Part shown: positions 8,399 through 16,865 of the stretch, piece by piece
Layout: the number at the start of each line of letters is the position of its first letter
Position numbering within the stretch: the first letter of the stretch is position 1
Source: Tissierellales bacterium
Lineage (GTDB): Bacteria; Bacillota; Clostridia; Tissierellales; JASKZW01
Length of the DNA: 64,000 nt
Assembly (NCBI GenBank): GCA_030152145.1
Contig: JASLIL010000102.1
Location: 2,592-66,591 of the forward strand
Direction of reading: 5' to 3'
Made by a program: the position numbers and the translations under genes
Notes under the pieces: model-generated
Told to the model about the DNA's origin: nothing
The model's input: the letters and a program-made list of their open reading frames with translations, nothing else
Databases searched by the model: none

Positions 8399-9847
8399 AT
8401 GTCAGCAGTTAAAGGTTTAAAACCAGAAAGAGTATTCTATTATTTTGAGGAATTGTCAAATATTCCAAGATGTAGTTACGATGAAAAAAAAGTTAGCGAC
8501 TACTTGAAGTCAGTAGGAGAAAGCCTAGGTCTAGAAACTATTCAAGATGAAACACTAAATATAATAATTAGAAAGCCAGCAACTAAGGGCTATGAAAATT
8601 CTAAGGGAATAGTTATTCAAGGTCATATGGATATGGTTTGTGAGAAAGAAGAAGACAGCAAGCATGACTTTACTTGTGACCCAATAGAGCTAATGGTAGA
8701 TGGAGATTTTCTACATGCCAACAAAACAACTTTAGGAGCTGATAATGGTATAGCAGTAGCTATGGGACTGGCTATACTAGAAGATCAGAGCCTAGAGCAT
8801 CCAGAACTAGAGCTAGTAGTTACTATAGCAGAAGAAGTTGAGATGGATGGTGCTTTTGGACTTTCAGAAGACATCTTAAGAGGAAGAAGATATTTAAATA
8901 TAGACTCAGAAGAAGAGGGAACACTGGTAATGGGTTCTGCAGGTGGAGAGCTAGTTGAAGTTAAGCTACCTTTAGAATTTGAAGAAGTAGAAGATTTTGT
9001 AGAATATGAAGTTCTAGTAAGAGGACTTATGGGTGGTCACTCAGGTATGGAAATTCATACAGAGAGAAAAAACTCAAATAAAATTTTAAATGAAGTCCTA
9101 GAGGAAATTAAAAAGCTTACAGACTTAAGGATAGTATCTGTTACAGGTGGAACAAAAGACAATGCTATACCTAGACAGACTCTAGCAAAAATCGCTGTTA
9201 GAAAAGAAGATATCTGTGTCCTAGAAGGAAAGACAGACAAGATAATAAAAGACCTTGTAGAAAAGTACAATGACTTTGAAAAAGATATTGAGATTAAAAT
9301 TGAAGAGAAGTCCCCTATAAATAAGGTTACAAAGGAAAAGGTAACAGAGGACTATCTAAAGCTTATAGGAGAAATGCACACTGGTGTATTCACCTATATA
9401 GAGGGAAATGAAGATGTTGTAGAGTCATCTTCTAACCTAGCTATTATTAACACTCATGATGATCATATAGAGATACTAAACTCCACTAGATCATCAAGTC
9501 CTAAGGTGCTTTTAGACCTAAGAAAGAAAATAACAGATGTTATAGACCAAACTGATGGAAGCTATATTACAAGCAATGAGTATCCAGAGTGGGAATATAA
9601 GCCAGAGTCAGAACTTAGGGATGTAGCCCTAGAGGTTTATAAGAAGATATATGGAGAAGACATGCACACTACTGTAATCCATGCTGGTCTAGAGTGTGGT
9701 GTTATAAACAACAAGTATCCTGATATGGATATTATATCCTTTGGACCAAATATGTATGATGTTCATACACCAAAGGAAAGACTTTCAATATCTTCAACTG
9801 AAAGAGTATTTGAATATACAAAAGAGCTTTTAAAGGCTCTTAAATAG
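8399..9847 (+). CDS. pepD: aminoacyl-histidine (Xaa-His) dipeptidase, M20C
   Basis: 482 aa. LKPERVFYYFEELSNIPRCSYDEKKVSDYL ... VIQGHMDMVCEK ... LGADNGIAVA match PepD family hallmarks. Confidence 0.9.
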   Translation: MSAVKGLKPERVFYYFEELSNIPRCSYDEKKVSDYLKSVGESLGLETIQDETLNIIIRKPATKGYENSKGIVIQGHMDMVCEKEEDSKHDFTCDPIELMVDGDFLHANKTTLGADNGIAVAMGLAILEDQSLEHPELELVVTIAEEVEMDGAFGLSEDILRGRRYLNIDSEEEGTLVMGSAGGELVEVKLPLEFEEVEDFVEYEVLVRGLMGGHSGMEIHTERKNSNKILNEVLEEIKKLTDLRIVSVTGGTKDNAIPRQTLAKIAVRKEDICVLEGKTDKIIKDLVEKYNDFEKDIEIKIEEKSPINKVTKEKVTEDYLKLIGEMHTGVFTYIEGNEDVVESSSNLAIINTHDDHIEILNSTRSSSPKVLLDLRKKITDVIDQTDGSYITSNEYPEWEYKPESELRDVALEVYKKIYGEDMHTTVIHAGLECGVINNKYPDMDIISFGPNMYDVHTPKERLSISSTERVFEYTKELLKALK

Positions 9848-9850
9848 CAA

Positions 9851-9880
9851 AATGAGAGGGCTAGTCCCTCTCATTTTTTT
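9851..9880. terminator. bidirectional terminator shared by pepD and the convergent ABC-2 permease gene
   Basis: Stem AATGAGAGGG / CCCTCTCATT, loop CTAGT, T7 on the plus strand and a T4 run on the minus strand. Confidence 0.8.
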
Positions 9881-9883
9881 GTC

Positions 9884-11011
9884 TTATTCAGCTTTTGATT
9901 TGATCCTATAGATGTAAAAGCCTAGAACTAGAAAGAAGGCTCCAAAGAGTAGTTGAATGACTAAAAGAGAAGCTTTTAAAAAGCCTCTATCAGCATAGAT
10001 ATTATTGGCCTTAACAAAGTAATAAGTAGGCAGTAGTCTAGCAAACTTTAAAACTGTGGAATTTAAAAATTCCTGGGGAATCATAACTCCAGATATAAAG
10101 GAGGTACCTAGAGACAGTACTATGGATACTATATTCTTTATATATTTATTATTACTTATATTGTTTATTAAGAAAGTAAGGCATACTACAGAGAAGGAGT
10201 AAATATAGGTGTTTATAATAAAGCCTGAAATTCTTACATTGGCCAGCTGATCTCTTTGTAGAAAGAGGCTGATTACTACAAAAACTGTTGTTATTAAAAG
10301 AGCTAAGCTTATTTGGCCTAGGTATAGTTGGAAATTATAGCTAAGTCTAGTAATAGACGAAATCTTATTTCTCCTAGCCAGGTTCTTATTATTAAAATCA
10401 CTCATAACAAAACCTATTATGGATATAAAAATAGCCATTATAATATAGGCTACAAAATTATAGTAGGTATTAAACCATTTCAAGGTATGAAGACTTTCCT
10501 TAGACTCCTTATTTTCCAGAATAACATTTATATCAGTCTTTAGGGCTTTGGAGACCAGTTGAAAGTCATAGTCACCCTGGCTATAGCTGGCATCTAGAAA
10601 CATAAGATACTTTCTTATGTCATTTTTTAATTTAAGGCCATCTGGTGACTTGCTGTCAATTATTAGGTCTAGAGCCTCTTCCTTGGACCTTAGCTTTTGA
10701 CTAAAGTCCTCTTTTATTATTAGGCAGCCAGAGATTTTTCCAAGGAAGATTTTTTCCCTTATAAGTTCTAGGTCATAGTCTATAGGCTCTAGCCTGTTGT
10801 TTTCTGAAAGGTAGTCTAGAAGGTTCTTGGAACTAGGGGAATCTTCTAAGTCTACTATAGCTAGATTTAATTTAGTCTCCTGAAAACCTAGATCTGTCCT
10901 AGGCTTTCTAGGTGAATTTAAAATTGACAGTAGGGAAAAAATAAGGACATAAAGCAGTATACCGTTCTTATTTTTATTAACAATTTTAAAAAAATATTTA
11001 TATACTGTCAT
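9884..11011 (-). CDS. ABC-2 type transporter permease
   Basis: 375 aa. N-terminal TM, large extracytoplasmic domain, then five C-terminal TM helices. Overlaps the upstream permease gene by 14 nt. Confidence 0.8.
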   Translation of the reverse strand: MTVYKYFFKIVNKNKNGILLYVLIFSLLSILNSPRKPRTDLGFQETKLNLAIVDLEDSPSSKNLLDYLSENNRLEPIDYDLELIREKIFLGKISGCLIIKEDFSQKLRSKEEALDLIIDSKSPDGLKLKNDIRKYLMFLDASYSQGDYDFQLVSKALKTDINVILENKESKESLHTLKWFNTYYNFVAYIIMAIFISIIGFVMSDFNNKNLARRNKISSITRLSYNFQLYLGQISLALLITTVFVVISLFLQRDQLANVRISGFIINTYIYSFSVVCLTFLINNISNNKYIKNIVSIVLSLGTSFISGVMIPQEFLNSTVLKFARLLPTYYFVKANNIYADRGFLKASLLVIQLLFGAFFLVLGFYIYRIKSKAE

Positions 11012-12044
11012 AGGATCTCCTCCTTAGTAGTAAATATGATATAGAGAAAAGTATAAGACTATAAAGACCTAGAATCACTAGTCCTTCACCTAGCTGCCTA
11101 TAGCTTGAAAGCATATTTACTCTATAAAGTCCATCAGTTACTATGGCAATAGGATTAAGCCTATTAATCATAGGAGATATCCTATCTATATTTTCCCTGA
11201 AGCCCTCACCAATCATACCAGAAGAAAAAGAAAGTATAAGGTTTACAGTAATAATTGCTATGTTTTTCCACTGTTGATTTTTAACTCTTAAGGAGCCTAC
11301 AAAAAATCCAATGCTAGTTCCAAGAATATTGGCTATACTTAAAATTAAGAGACTAGGACCTAGGGCTGTGAAAAGCTGGATCCTAAGAAAATATCTTATA
11401 TAGACTAGGAGTATTCCATTGGTAATTATATTTAAATTAAAGGCAAAAATTCCACCAGAAATCAGAAATTCCAGTTTATTTATAGATGTCATGGAAACTC
11501 TGGCACCTATAGGGGATAGATTTCCTTGAATCATTGTTGGAATTTCCATGGACACAAACATGCCGTAGGTAGAGAACATGGCTATAATAGAGTAAAAGAT
11601 TATCAGTATAAGGTCCTCCTTTTGATTTAGCATATTAATATAGGATCTATTGTAATCTAAGGATTTAAAGTCTAGGCCAGACTCCTTAACCTGGGCAATC
11701 TCCCTTACTATATCCTTAAGGATGCTTTCTGATAGACCTGATTTTTTAACTCTTAGATTGAGATTCTCATCTACAAAGCCCTTGATAAGCTGATCCTCCA
11801 AAGCCTTTTCATAGTCATTAACTTCTACAAGCTCTAGTACTTCTATCTCCCTTAAAATATCCTTAAGTTCCTGATTATCTGTGGCAAGGGGAATTTTTTC
11901 AAAGCTATCAATCCTAAGATTGCCAAAACCCAGCTGAAAAAAACTAGTTAATATTATAGGGTAAAGCAGTAGCCAGAAAATAAGATACTTATCTCTTAGA
12001 AAGATTCTTCTCATATAGGAAATCTGTCTTGTAAGTTCCTTCAT
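10998..12044 (-). CDS. ABC-2 type transporter permease
   Basis: 348 aa with the same architecture as its neighbour. Start overlaps the ATPase stop by 1 nt. Confidence 0.8.
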   Translation of the reverse strand: MKELTRQISYMRRIFLRDKYLIFWLLLYPIILTSFFQLGFGNLRIDSFEKIPLATDNQELKDILREIEVLELVEVNDYEKALEDQLIKGFVDENLNLRVKKSGLSESILKDIVREIAQVKESGLDFKSLDYNRSYINMLNQKEDLILIIFYSIIAMFSTYGMFVSMEIPTMIQGNLSPIGARVSMTSINKLEFLISGGIFAFNLNIITNGILLVYIRYFLRIQLFTALGPSLLILSIANILGTSIGFFVGSLRVKNQQWKNIAIITVNLILSFSSGMIGEGFRENIDRISPMINRLNPIAIVTDGLYRVNMLSSYRQLGEGLVILGLYSLILFSISYLLLRRRSYDSI

Positions 12045-12973
12045 CAGTCACGCAACTCCCTTCCAGTTAGCTCTAAAAATACATCATTTAGGGAGGGGGT
12101 TCTGGTATGGAGATTTTTATAGCTTAATTTTCTAAGGGAAAGAAAGTCTACAAGACTTGAAATATTATTGTCTCTGGACTTAAAATCTATTTCATAAGAA
12201 TCTTTTTTCCTATAAACATTAATAACATTTTTTAGGCTATAAAGGTCATCTGTTAGATCCAGTTCTTCATCTAAGGATAGATAGACCTTCTCCTTTAGAC
12301 TAATCATTTCCTTAAGCTCCTCCAGACTACCTGAAACCAAGTTTTTACCCTTATCCATAATAAGGATTCTTTCACAAAGTTCTTCAACTTCCTCTAGGTA
12401 ATGACTGGTGTAGACAATGGTGCTACCTTCTTGGTTTAATTTTTTAATTCCCTCAAGTATAAAACTTCTGCTTTGAGCATCAACAGCCACCGTAGGCTCA
12501 TCTAGGAAGATAAGTTGGGGCTTATGGGCTATGCCACAAGCTATGTTTAACCTTCTTTTTAAGCCACCACTAAGGCTTGTAGGATAGTAATCTCTATAGG
12601 CCTCTAAGTCTACAAAAGCTATTGCATCCTCTACATATTTTTCTCTTAAGGTTCGGTCTTTTATGTATAGGCCACAAAAGTAATCTACATTTTCCCAGAC
12701 CTTCAGTAAATTAAATACTGCTACTTCCTGGGGAACCAATCCGATTTTATTCTTTAATTCATAGCTGTCAGGACCAAGACTATCATTGAATACCTCTATA
12801 TTCCCCTTGTCATATTTTAGAATTCCTAGGATGCAATTTATTAAGCTGGTTTTACCAGAGCCATTAGGCCCCAGAAGTCCTAGAATTTCGCCTTTTTTTA
12901 GGCCTAAATCAAAATGGTCTAAGGCTAGTTTGTTATCATATCTCTTAACTAAATTTTCTACTTTCACTATCAT
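12044..12973 (-). CDS. ABC transporter ATP-binding protein
   Basis: Walker A GLLGPNGSGKTS, signature LSGGLKRRL, Walker B LIFLDEPT, H-loop TSHYLEE. Confidence 0.9.
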   Translation of the reverse strand: MIVKVENLVKRYDNKLALDHFDLGLKKGEILGLLGPNGSGKTSLINCILGILKYDKGNIEVFNDSLGPDSYELKNKIGLVPQEVAVFNLLKVWENVDYFCGLYIKDRTLREKYVEDAIAFVDLEAYRDYYPTSLSGGLKRRLNIACGIAHKPQLIFLDEPTVAVDAQSRSFILEGIKKLNQEGSTIVYTSHYLEEVEELCERILIMDKGKNLVSGSLEELKEMISLKEKVYLSLDEELDLTDDLYSLKNVINVYRKKDSYEIDFKSRDNNISSLVDFLSLRKLSYKNLHTRTPSLNDVFLELTGRELRD

Positions 12974-12992
12974 TTAATCACTTCCTTTAATA

Positions 12993-13012
12993 AGATTATA
13001 AGCTTAGAATCT
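12993..13012. promoter_or_regulatory. 20-bp near-palindrome AGATTaTAAGCTTAgAATCT in the divergent ABC / two-component intergenic region
   Basis: Symmetric except for one position pair. Lies 20 bp upstream of the ABC ATPase start codon. It is a candidate NarL/LuxR-type response-regulator site. Confidence 0.35.
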
Positions 13013-13120
13013 ATATAAGAGTAGTGTCTATAATCATGAAACTAGCTGACAAATGTAATATTTTGAAATAAATTGAAGAAAGTTTAGGTAAATTAAGTAT
13101 AATAAGCTTAGAGGTGAATT

Positions 13121-14155
13121 ATGAGATCTTTAGTCGAAAAATCAATTTTGTTTACAATTTCTTTTTATATGTCAGCTTTAAGTTTGGAAAATGACAGTAC
13201 GATAATCTATATATTAATTAGTCTTATTATTATATTGGCCTTAGATCTTTTAAAAACCTCTAAGGCTAGGATTATCCTATTTATAGTTTTCTTTCTTCTA
13301 TCTATAAACTATAAGGAAATAAGATATTTTATTCCTCTAGGAGCCTATAGTTTATATGAGTACAGCAAGCTTATTTTACTTCTAGTTCCATACTTCCTAG
13401 TTTGGGGTAACTATGGGCAGGCTATCTTAACAGTCCAAAGTATTTATATGGCAAAGAAGAATTTAGAATATACTAGACTTTTAAGGATGTCCAAGGATAC
13501 TAGAGATGAGTTAAAGGAAGACACTATAATTTTAAAAAAATACAATAAACAATTAGAAATAGATAGGGAGAAGAATATACATATAGCCATCCTATCAGAG
13601 CGAAATAGAATATCCAGAAAACTCCATGACTCTATAGGACATCTTATAAGTAGTAGTATTTTACAGCTTGAGGCCTTAAAGGTTTTGAATAGGGATGAAA
13701 ACTTAAATCCTTCCTTGGATCTGCTGCAGTCAAGTTTAAAAAATGGTATGGTAGATGTTAGGAAGAGTATTCATGACCTTTATAGAGAGTCTCTGGACTT
13801 AAGAGAGGCTATAGCCAGGATAATTGAGGAAAATCCAAGCCTGGAGATTAGTCTTGACTACAGGATGGATGAGGACCTAAACTATGAAGTAAAATATGAT
13901 GTTTTATCTGTAGTTAAGGAGGCTGTAACCAATGTTAAAAAACATTCTGACTCCAATAAAGTAGATATAAGCTTAGTCAGTATGCCAGGTTTTCATCTTA
14001 TAAACATTAGGGATTATGGCCAGGGAAAGGAAATAGATCAGTTGGGACTTGGCCTTATATCCATGGAGGAAGTCTATAAAAAATACTCAGGAAATGGAAG
14101 TTTTGGCTTTGATAATGGTTTTAAAATTCATATGGTTCTTATGAAGGGAGATTAA
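13121..14155 (+). CDS. sensor histidine kinase, HisKA_3 (DesK/LiaS/YvfT-like) with intramembrane sensing N-terminus
   Basis: About 4-5 N-terminal TM helices with no sizeable extracellular loop. H-box RNRISRKLHDSIGH. HATPase_c motifs VKEAVTNVKKHS and GLGLISMEE. Confidence 0.85.
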   Translation: MRSLVEKSILFTISFYMSALSLENDSTIIYILISLIIILALDLLKTSKARIILFIVFFLLSINYKEIRYFIPLGAYSLYEYSKLILLLVPYFLVWGNYGQAILTVQSIYMAKKNLEYTRLLRMSKDTRDELKEDTIILKKYNKQLEIDREKNIHIAILSERNRISRKLHDSIGHLISSSILQLEALKVLNRDENLNPSLDLLQSSLKNGMVDVRKSIHDLYRESLDLREAIARIIEENPSLEISLDYRMDEDLNYEVKYDVLSVVKEAVTNVKKHSDSNKVDISLVSMPGFHLINIRDYGQGKEIDQLGLGLISMEEVYKKYSGNGSFGFDNGFKIHMVLMKGD

Positions 14156-14156
14156 A

Positions 14157-14765
14157 ATGAGACTTATAATAGTAGATGATGATTATTTAGTAGTAAATTC
14201 ACTTAAAACTATAGTAGAGGCTAGGGGCATGGAGGTCCTAGCTACTGGCTTTTCAGGTAGAGAGGCCATAGAACTTTACAAGGAATATAGGCCAGATCTA
14301 ATCCTTTTAGATATCCGAATGGAAGATTTAAATGGAATAGAGGCAACAGAGGAAATATTAAAATACCATAAGGAGGCAAAAATACTCCTAATAACTACCT
14401 TTAAGGATAAGGAATACATAGAAAAAGCCATAAGTCTAGGTTCTAGAGGATATATCTTAAAGGAAAATATATCAGGAATAATTCCAGCCATAGAGGGGGT
14501 CTATGCCAATAATATTGTTTTTGACTCTCAGATTATTTCAAATATTACTAGTTTTAAGGAAGGTGAAAGAGTTTCCTTGGAGGAATTATCAGAAAGAGAG
14601 AATGAGCTAGTAGAGCTTTTGGCAGAGGGACTAAATAACAAGGAGATAGCCCAGAAGCTTTTTCTATCAGAGGGGACTGTTAGAAACTACATATCTAGAA
14701 TACTGGAGAAACTCCAGTTAAGGGATAGGACTCAACTGACCATATATTATTTTAAAAATAAGTAG
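14157..14765 (+). CDS. response regulator, NarL/LuxR family
   Basis: Receiver domain (IIVDDD ... PDLILLDIRMEDLNG) plus C-terminal LuxR HTH (LSERENELVELLAEGLNNKEIAQKLFLSEGTVRNY). Confidence 0.9.
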   Translation: MRLIIVDDDYLVVNSLKTIVEARGMEVLATGFSGREAIELYKEYRPDLILLDIRMEDLNGIEATEEILKYHKEAKILLITTFKDKEYIEKAISLGSRGYILKENISGIIPAIEGVYANNIVFDSQIISNITSFKEGERVSLEELSERENELVELLAEGLNNKEIAQKLFLSEGTVRNYISRILEKLQLRDRTQLTIYYFKNK

Positions 14766-14778
14766 GATTTAATAGGAC

Positions 14779-14807
14779 TTGCAGTACCCTCCTGGGTATA
14801 TTATAAT
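14779..14807 (+). promoter_or_regulatory. sigma-A promoter TTGCAG-N17-TATAAT for the ccdA-trx/hxlR operon
   Basis: Hexamers at 14779-14784 and 14802-14807 with an exact 17-nt spacer. Confidence 0.7.
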
Positions 14808-14810
14808 AGA

Positions 14811-14837
14811 TAGTAACTTTAAAAAGTAAAGTTACTA
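14811..14837 (+). promoter_or_regulatory. 27-bp operator palindrome TAGTAACTTTA-AAAAG-TAAAGTTACTA just downstream of the -10
   Basis: 11-bp perfect inverted arms around the predicted transcription start. This is the likely binding site of the operon-encoded HxlR-type regulator. Confidence 0.6.
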
Positions 14838-14861
14838 ATTTAAGAAAATAGGAGGGGCAAG

Positions 14862-16073
14862 ATGGGAAATATAAACTTTTTAGTTGTTTTTTTAGAGGGA
14901 ATCATATCTCTGTTTTCACCATGTGTACTGCCAATTATTCCAGTATATATAGCTATATTAACTGGTAGTACAGGTGATGAAGAGGGGACTGGTAAGAGTC
15001 CAATCTTAAATACGGTACTTTTTATACTGGGTATATCCACAACATTTTTTATATTGGGATCCTCAATTAGGTTTTTTAGCAAGGGCCTAATAGGGAATAA
15101 GGAAGTTATGAATATAGTTGGAGGTATATTTATAGTTATTATGGGGCTGTTTTTCATGGGTTGGCTTAAGATACCAGCACTGGAGTCTTCAAAGAAATTT
15201 AGCATGAAGGACAGGAAGATGGGGCCTTTGACAGCTTATTTATTAGGCTTGACCTTTAGCTTGGGCTGGAGTCCTTGTGTAGGACCTATGTTAGGGTCTG
15301 CTATGATAATGGCTTCAAATTCGGCTAGTAGATTACAGGGAAATCTTTTAATTTTAGCCTATACCCTAGGTTTTATCCTTCCTTTTGTAATAATGGCTAT
15401 ATTCTATGACAGGTTGGAAAAACATATAGATAAGCTTCATGACCATTCAGATAAGATAAAGAAAATTGGTGGCCTACTATTGATTCTTTCAGGTATTCTA
15501 ATGGCAACTGGTGGACTTGATAAGTTTGGTCTTAGTCTAAATGAAGAGCAGACTATTATTGAGGAAGAAGCTAAGGAAGAAGCTAAGGAAGAAGTTGAGG
15601 AAGAGTCTGGAGATTCTGGGGAAGAAAGTTTGGCGGCTCCTGATTTTAAGCTAGTAGACCAGTATGGTAAGGACCATATTCTAAGTGACTACCAGGGTAA
15701 GGTTGTATTCTTAAACTTTTGGGCTACTTGGTGTCCACCTTGCAGAATGGAGATGCCAGATATTCAGTCTATATATGAGGAGCGTGGCTATAACGAGGAA
15801 GACGTAGTTATACTGGGAGTAGCTGGACCCAATCTAGGAAGTGGAAGGGCAAAGGAAGGTTCTATTGAGGAAATTAAGGAATTTTTAAAGGAAAACTCCT
15901 ATGACTATCCAATCCTATTTGATGAAACTGGGGAGCTTTTTATGACCTATGGAATACAGTCTTTCCCATCTACCTTTATTATAGATAGGGATGGAAATAT
16001 AGATGGATATATACCATCTGCAGTTCCTAAGGATGTAATGGAAAATGCTATAGATACAACTAGAAACAGATAG
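14862..16073 (+). CDS. fusion protein: CcdA/DsbD-type thiol-disulfide transporter membrane domain + extracytoplasmic TlpA/ResA-like thioredoxin domain
   Basis: Six TM helices with the two CcdA Cys motifs (LFSPCVLPIIP and GWSPCVGPMLG). Acidic linker EEEAKEEAKEEVEEESGDSGEES, then a thioredoxin fold with WATWCPPCRMEMP. Confidence 0.85.
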   Translation: MGNINFLVVFLEGIISLFSPCVLPIIPVYIAILTGSTGDEEGTGKSPILNTVLFILGISTTFFILGSSIRFFSKGLIGNKEVMNIVGGIFIVIMGLFFMGWLKIPALESSKKFSMKDRKMGPLTAYLLGLTFSLGWSPCVGPMLGSAMIMASNSASRLQGNLLILAYTLGFILPFVIMAIFYDRLEKHIDKLHDHSDKIKKIGGLLLILSGILMATGGLDKFGLSLNEEQTIIEEEAKEEAKEEVEEESGDSGEESLAAPDFKLVDQYGKDHILSDYQGKVVFLNFWATWCPPCRMEMPDIQSIYEERGYNEEDVVILGVAGPNLGSGRAKEGSIEEIKEFLKENSYDYPILFDETGELFMTYGIQSFPSTFIIDRDGNIDGYIPSAVPKDVMENAIDTTRNR

Positions 16074-16083
16074 GAGGAGACTT

Positions 16084-16512
16084 ATGAAACCAGCCTATGA
16101 CTTGGATTGTAATATTGCTAAGACCCTAAACCTAGTTGGGGACAAGTGGACTATTTTGGTTCTTCATAGGATTTCCACAGGAAGAAGGACCTTTAAGGAA
16201 ATTAGGGATAATCTAGATCTAATACCCACTAATATCCTATCAGATAGGTTGAAAAAATTAGAGTCAGAGGATTTGATAGCTTCAAAGCTTTATAATCATC
16301 ATCCACCTCGCTATGAATACTATGTAACAGCTAAGGGCCAGGACTTTAATAAGGTTTTTAACTCTATGATTCTTTGGGCTAGTGATAATCTAGAGGGCTG
16401 CAAGAAAACCTTAGGTCATAGCAAGTGTGGACATAGGGTTGATGTTAGATATTATTGTGAAGAGTGTGGAGAGTTTTTAGAAGAGGCCAGTGTGTCTGCT
16501 GTGGAAAAGTAG
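16084..16512 (+). CDS. HxlR family (DUF24, MarR-like) transcriptional regulator with Cys-rich C-terminal extension
   Basis: CNIAKTLNLVGDKWTILVL...RRTFKEIRDNL..IPTNILSDRLKKLESEDLI is the HxlR winged helix. Extra tail CKKTLGHSKCGHRVDVRYYCEECGEF. Confidence 0.85.
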   Translation: MKPAYDLDCNIAKTLNLVGDKWTILVLHRISTGRRTFKEIRDNLDLIPTNILSDRLKKLESEDLIASKLYNHHPPRYEYYVTAKGQDFNKVFNSMILWASDNLEGCKKTLGHSKCGHRVDVRYYCEECGEFLEEASVSAVEK

Positions 16513-16520
16513 GTGATTTT

Positions 16521-16730
16521 TTGAAAAAGATAAAACTTATGGAAGATATATGCTACTACCTGGGTTTGTTGGTATCGGCCTTTGGACTTTACAAGATTTA
16601 TATAAGTAGGAAGGGATTGCCAGCAGGTGCCTGTCCTATAGATGATAATAGACCCATATTAATTTTGGGAATAAGTCTTTTTATTATCTCCATAGTCCTT
16701 GGATTTATAGGGGATAGAAGGTCAAAATAA
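16521..16730 (+). CDS. small two-TM membrane protein (hypothetical)
   Basis: TTG 16521 lies 5 nt after AGGTGA. ATG 16539 is an alternative start. Two hydrophobic helices flank GLPAGACPIDDNRP. No family recognised. The 16464 start in the track overlaps the hxlR 3' end. Confidence 0.5.
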   Translation: MKKIKLMEDICYYLGLLVSAFGLYKIYISRKGLPAGACPIDDNRPILILGISLFIISIVLGFIGDRRSK

Positions 16731-16732
16731 GG

Positions 16733-16762
16733 AGTTGCAAGCCTAGAGCTTGCAGCTTTTTT
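16733..16762 (+). terminator. rho-independent terminator of the ccdA-trx operon
   Basis: 10-bp stem AGTTGCAAGC / GCTTGCAGCT (one G-U pair), loop CTAGA, T6. Confidence 0.85.
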
Positions 16763-16836
16763 ATTCTTTATAAAGACTTTCTAGAAGTATACAAAACTTA
16801 TTTTATAGATATATTATAACTATTTCCCCTTAAAAT

Positions 16837-16865
16837 TTTACAAATATAGGCTTAGGGGGTATAAT
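16837..16865 (+). promoter_or_regulatory. sigma-A promoter TTTACA-N17-TATAAT giving a ~170-nt leader for the CoA-binding protein gene
   Basis: Hexamers at 16837-16842 and 16860-16865 with an exact 17-nt spacer. Confidence 0.65.

Noticed and set aside
16464-16520. Track start 16464 for the small membrane protein, overlapping the 3' end of hxlR.
   Set aside because: The first 19 residues (Cys/Arg-rich) are an out-of-frame read of the hxlR coding sequence. An RBS-supported TTG (16521) or ATG (16539) follows the hxlR stop.
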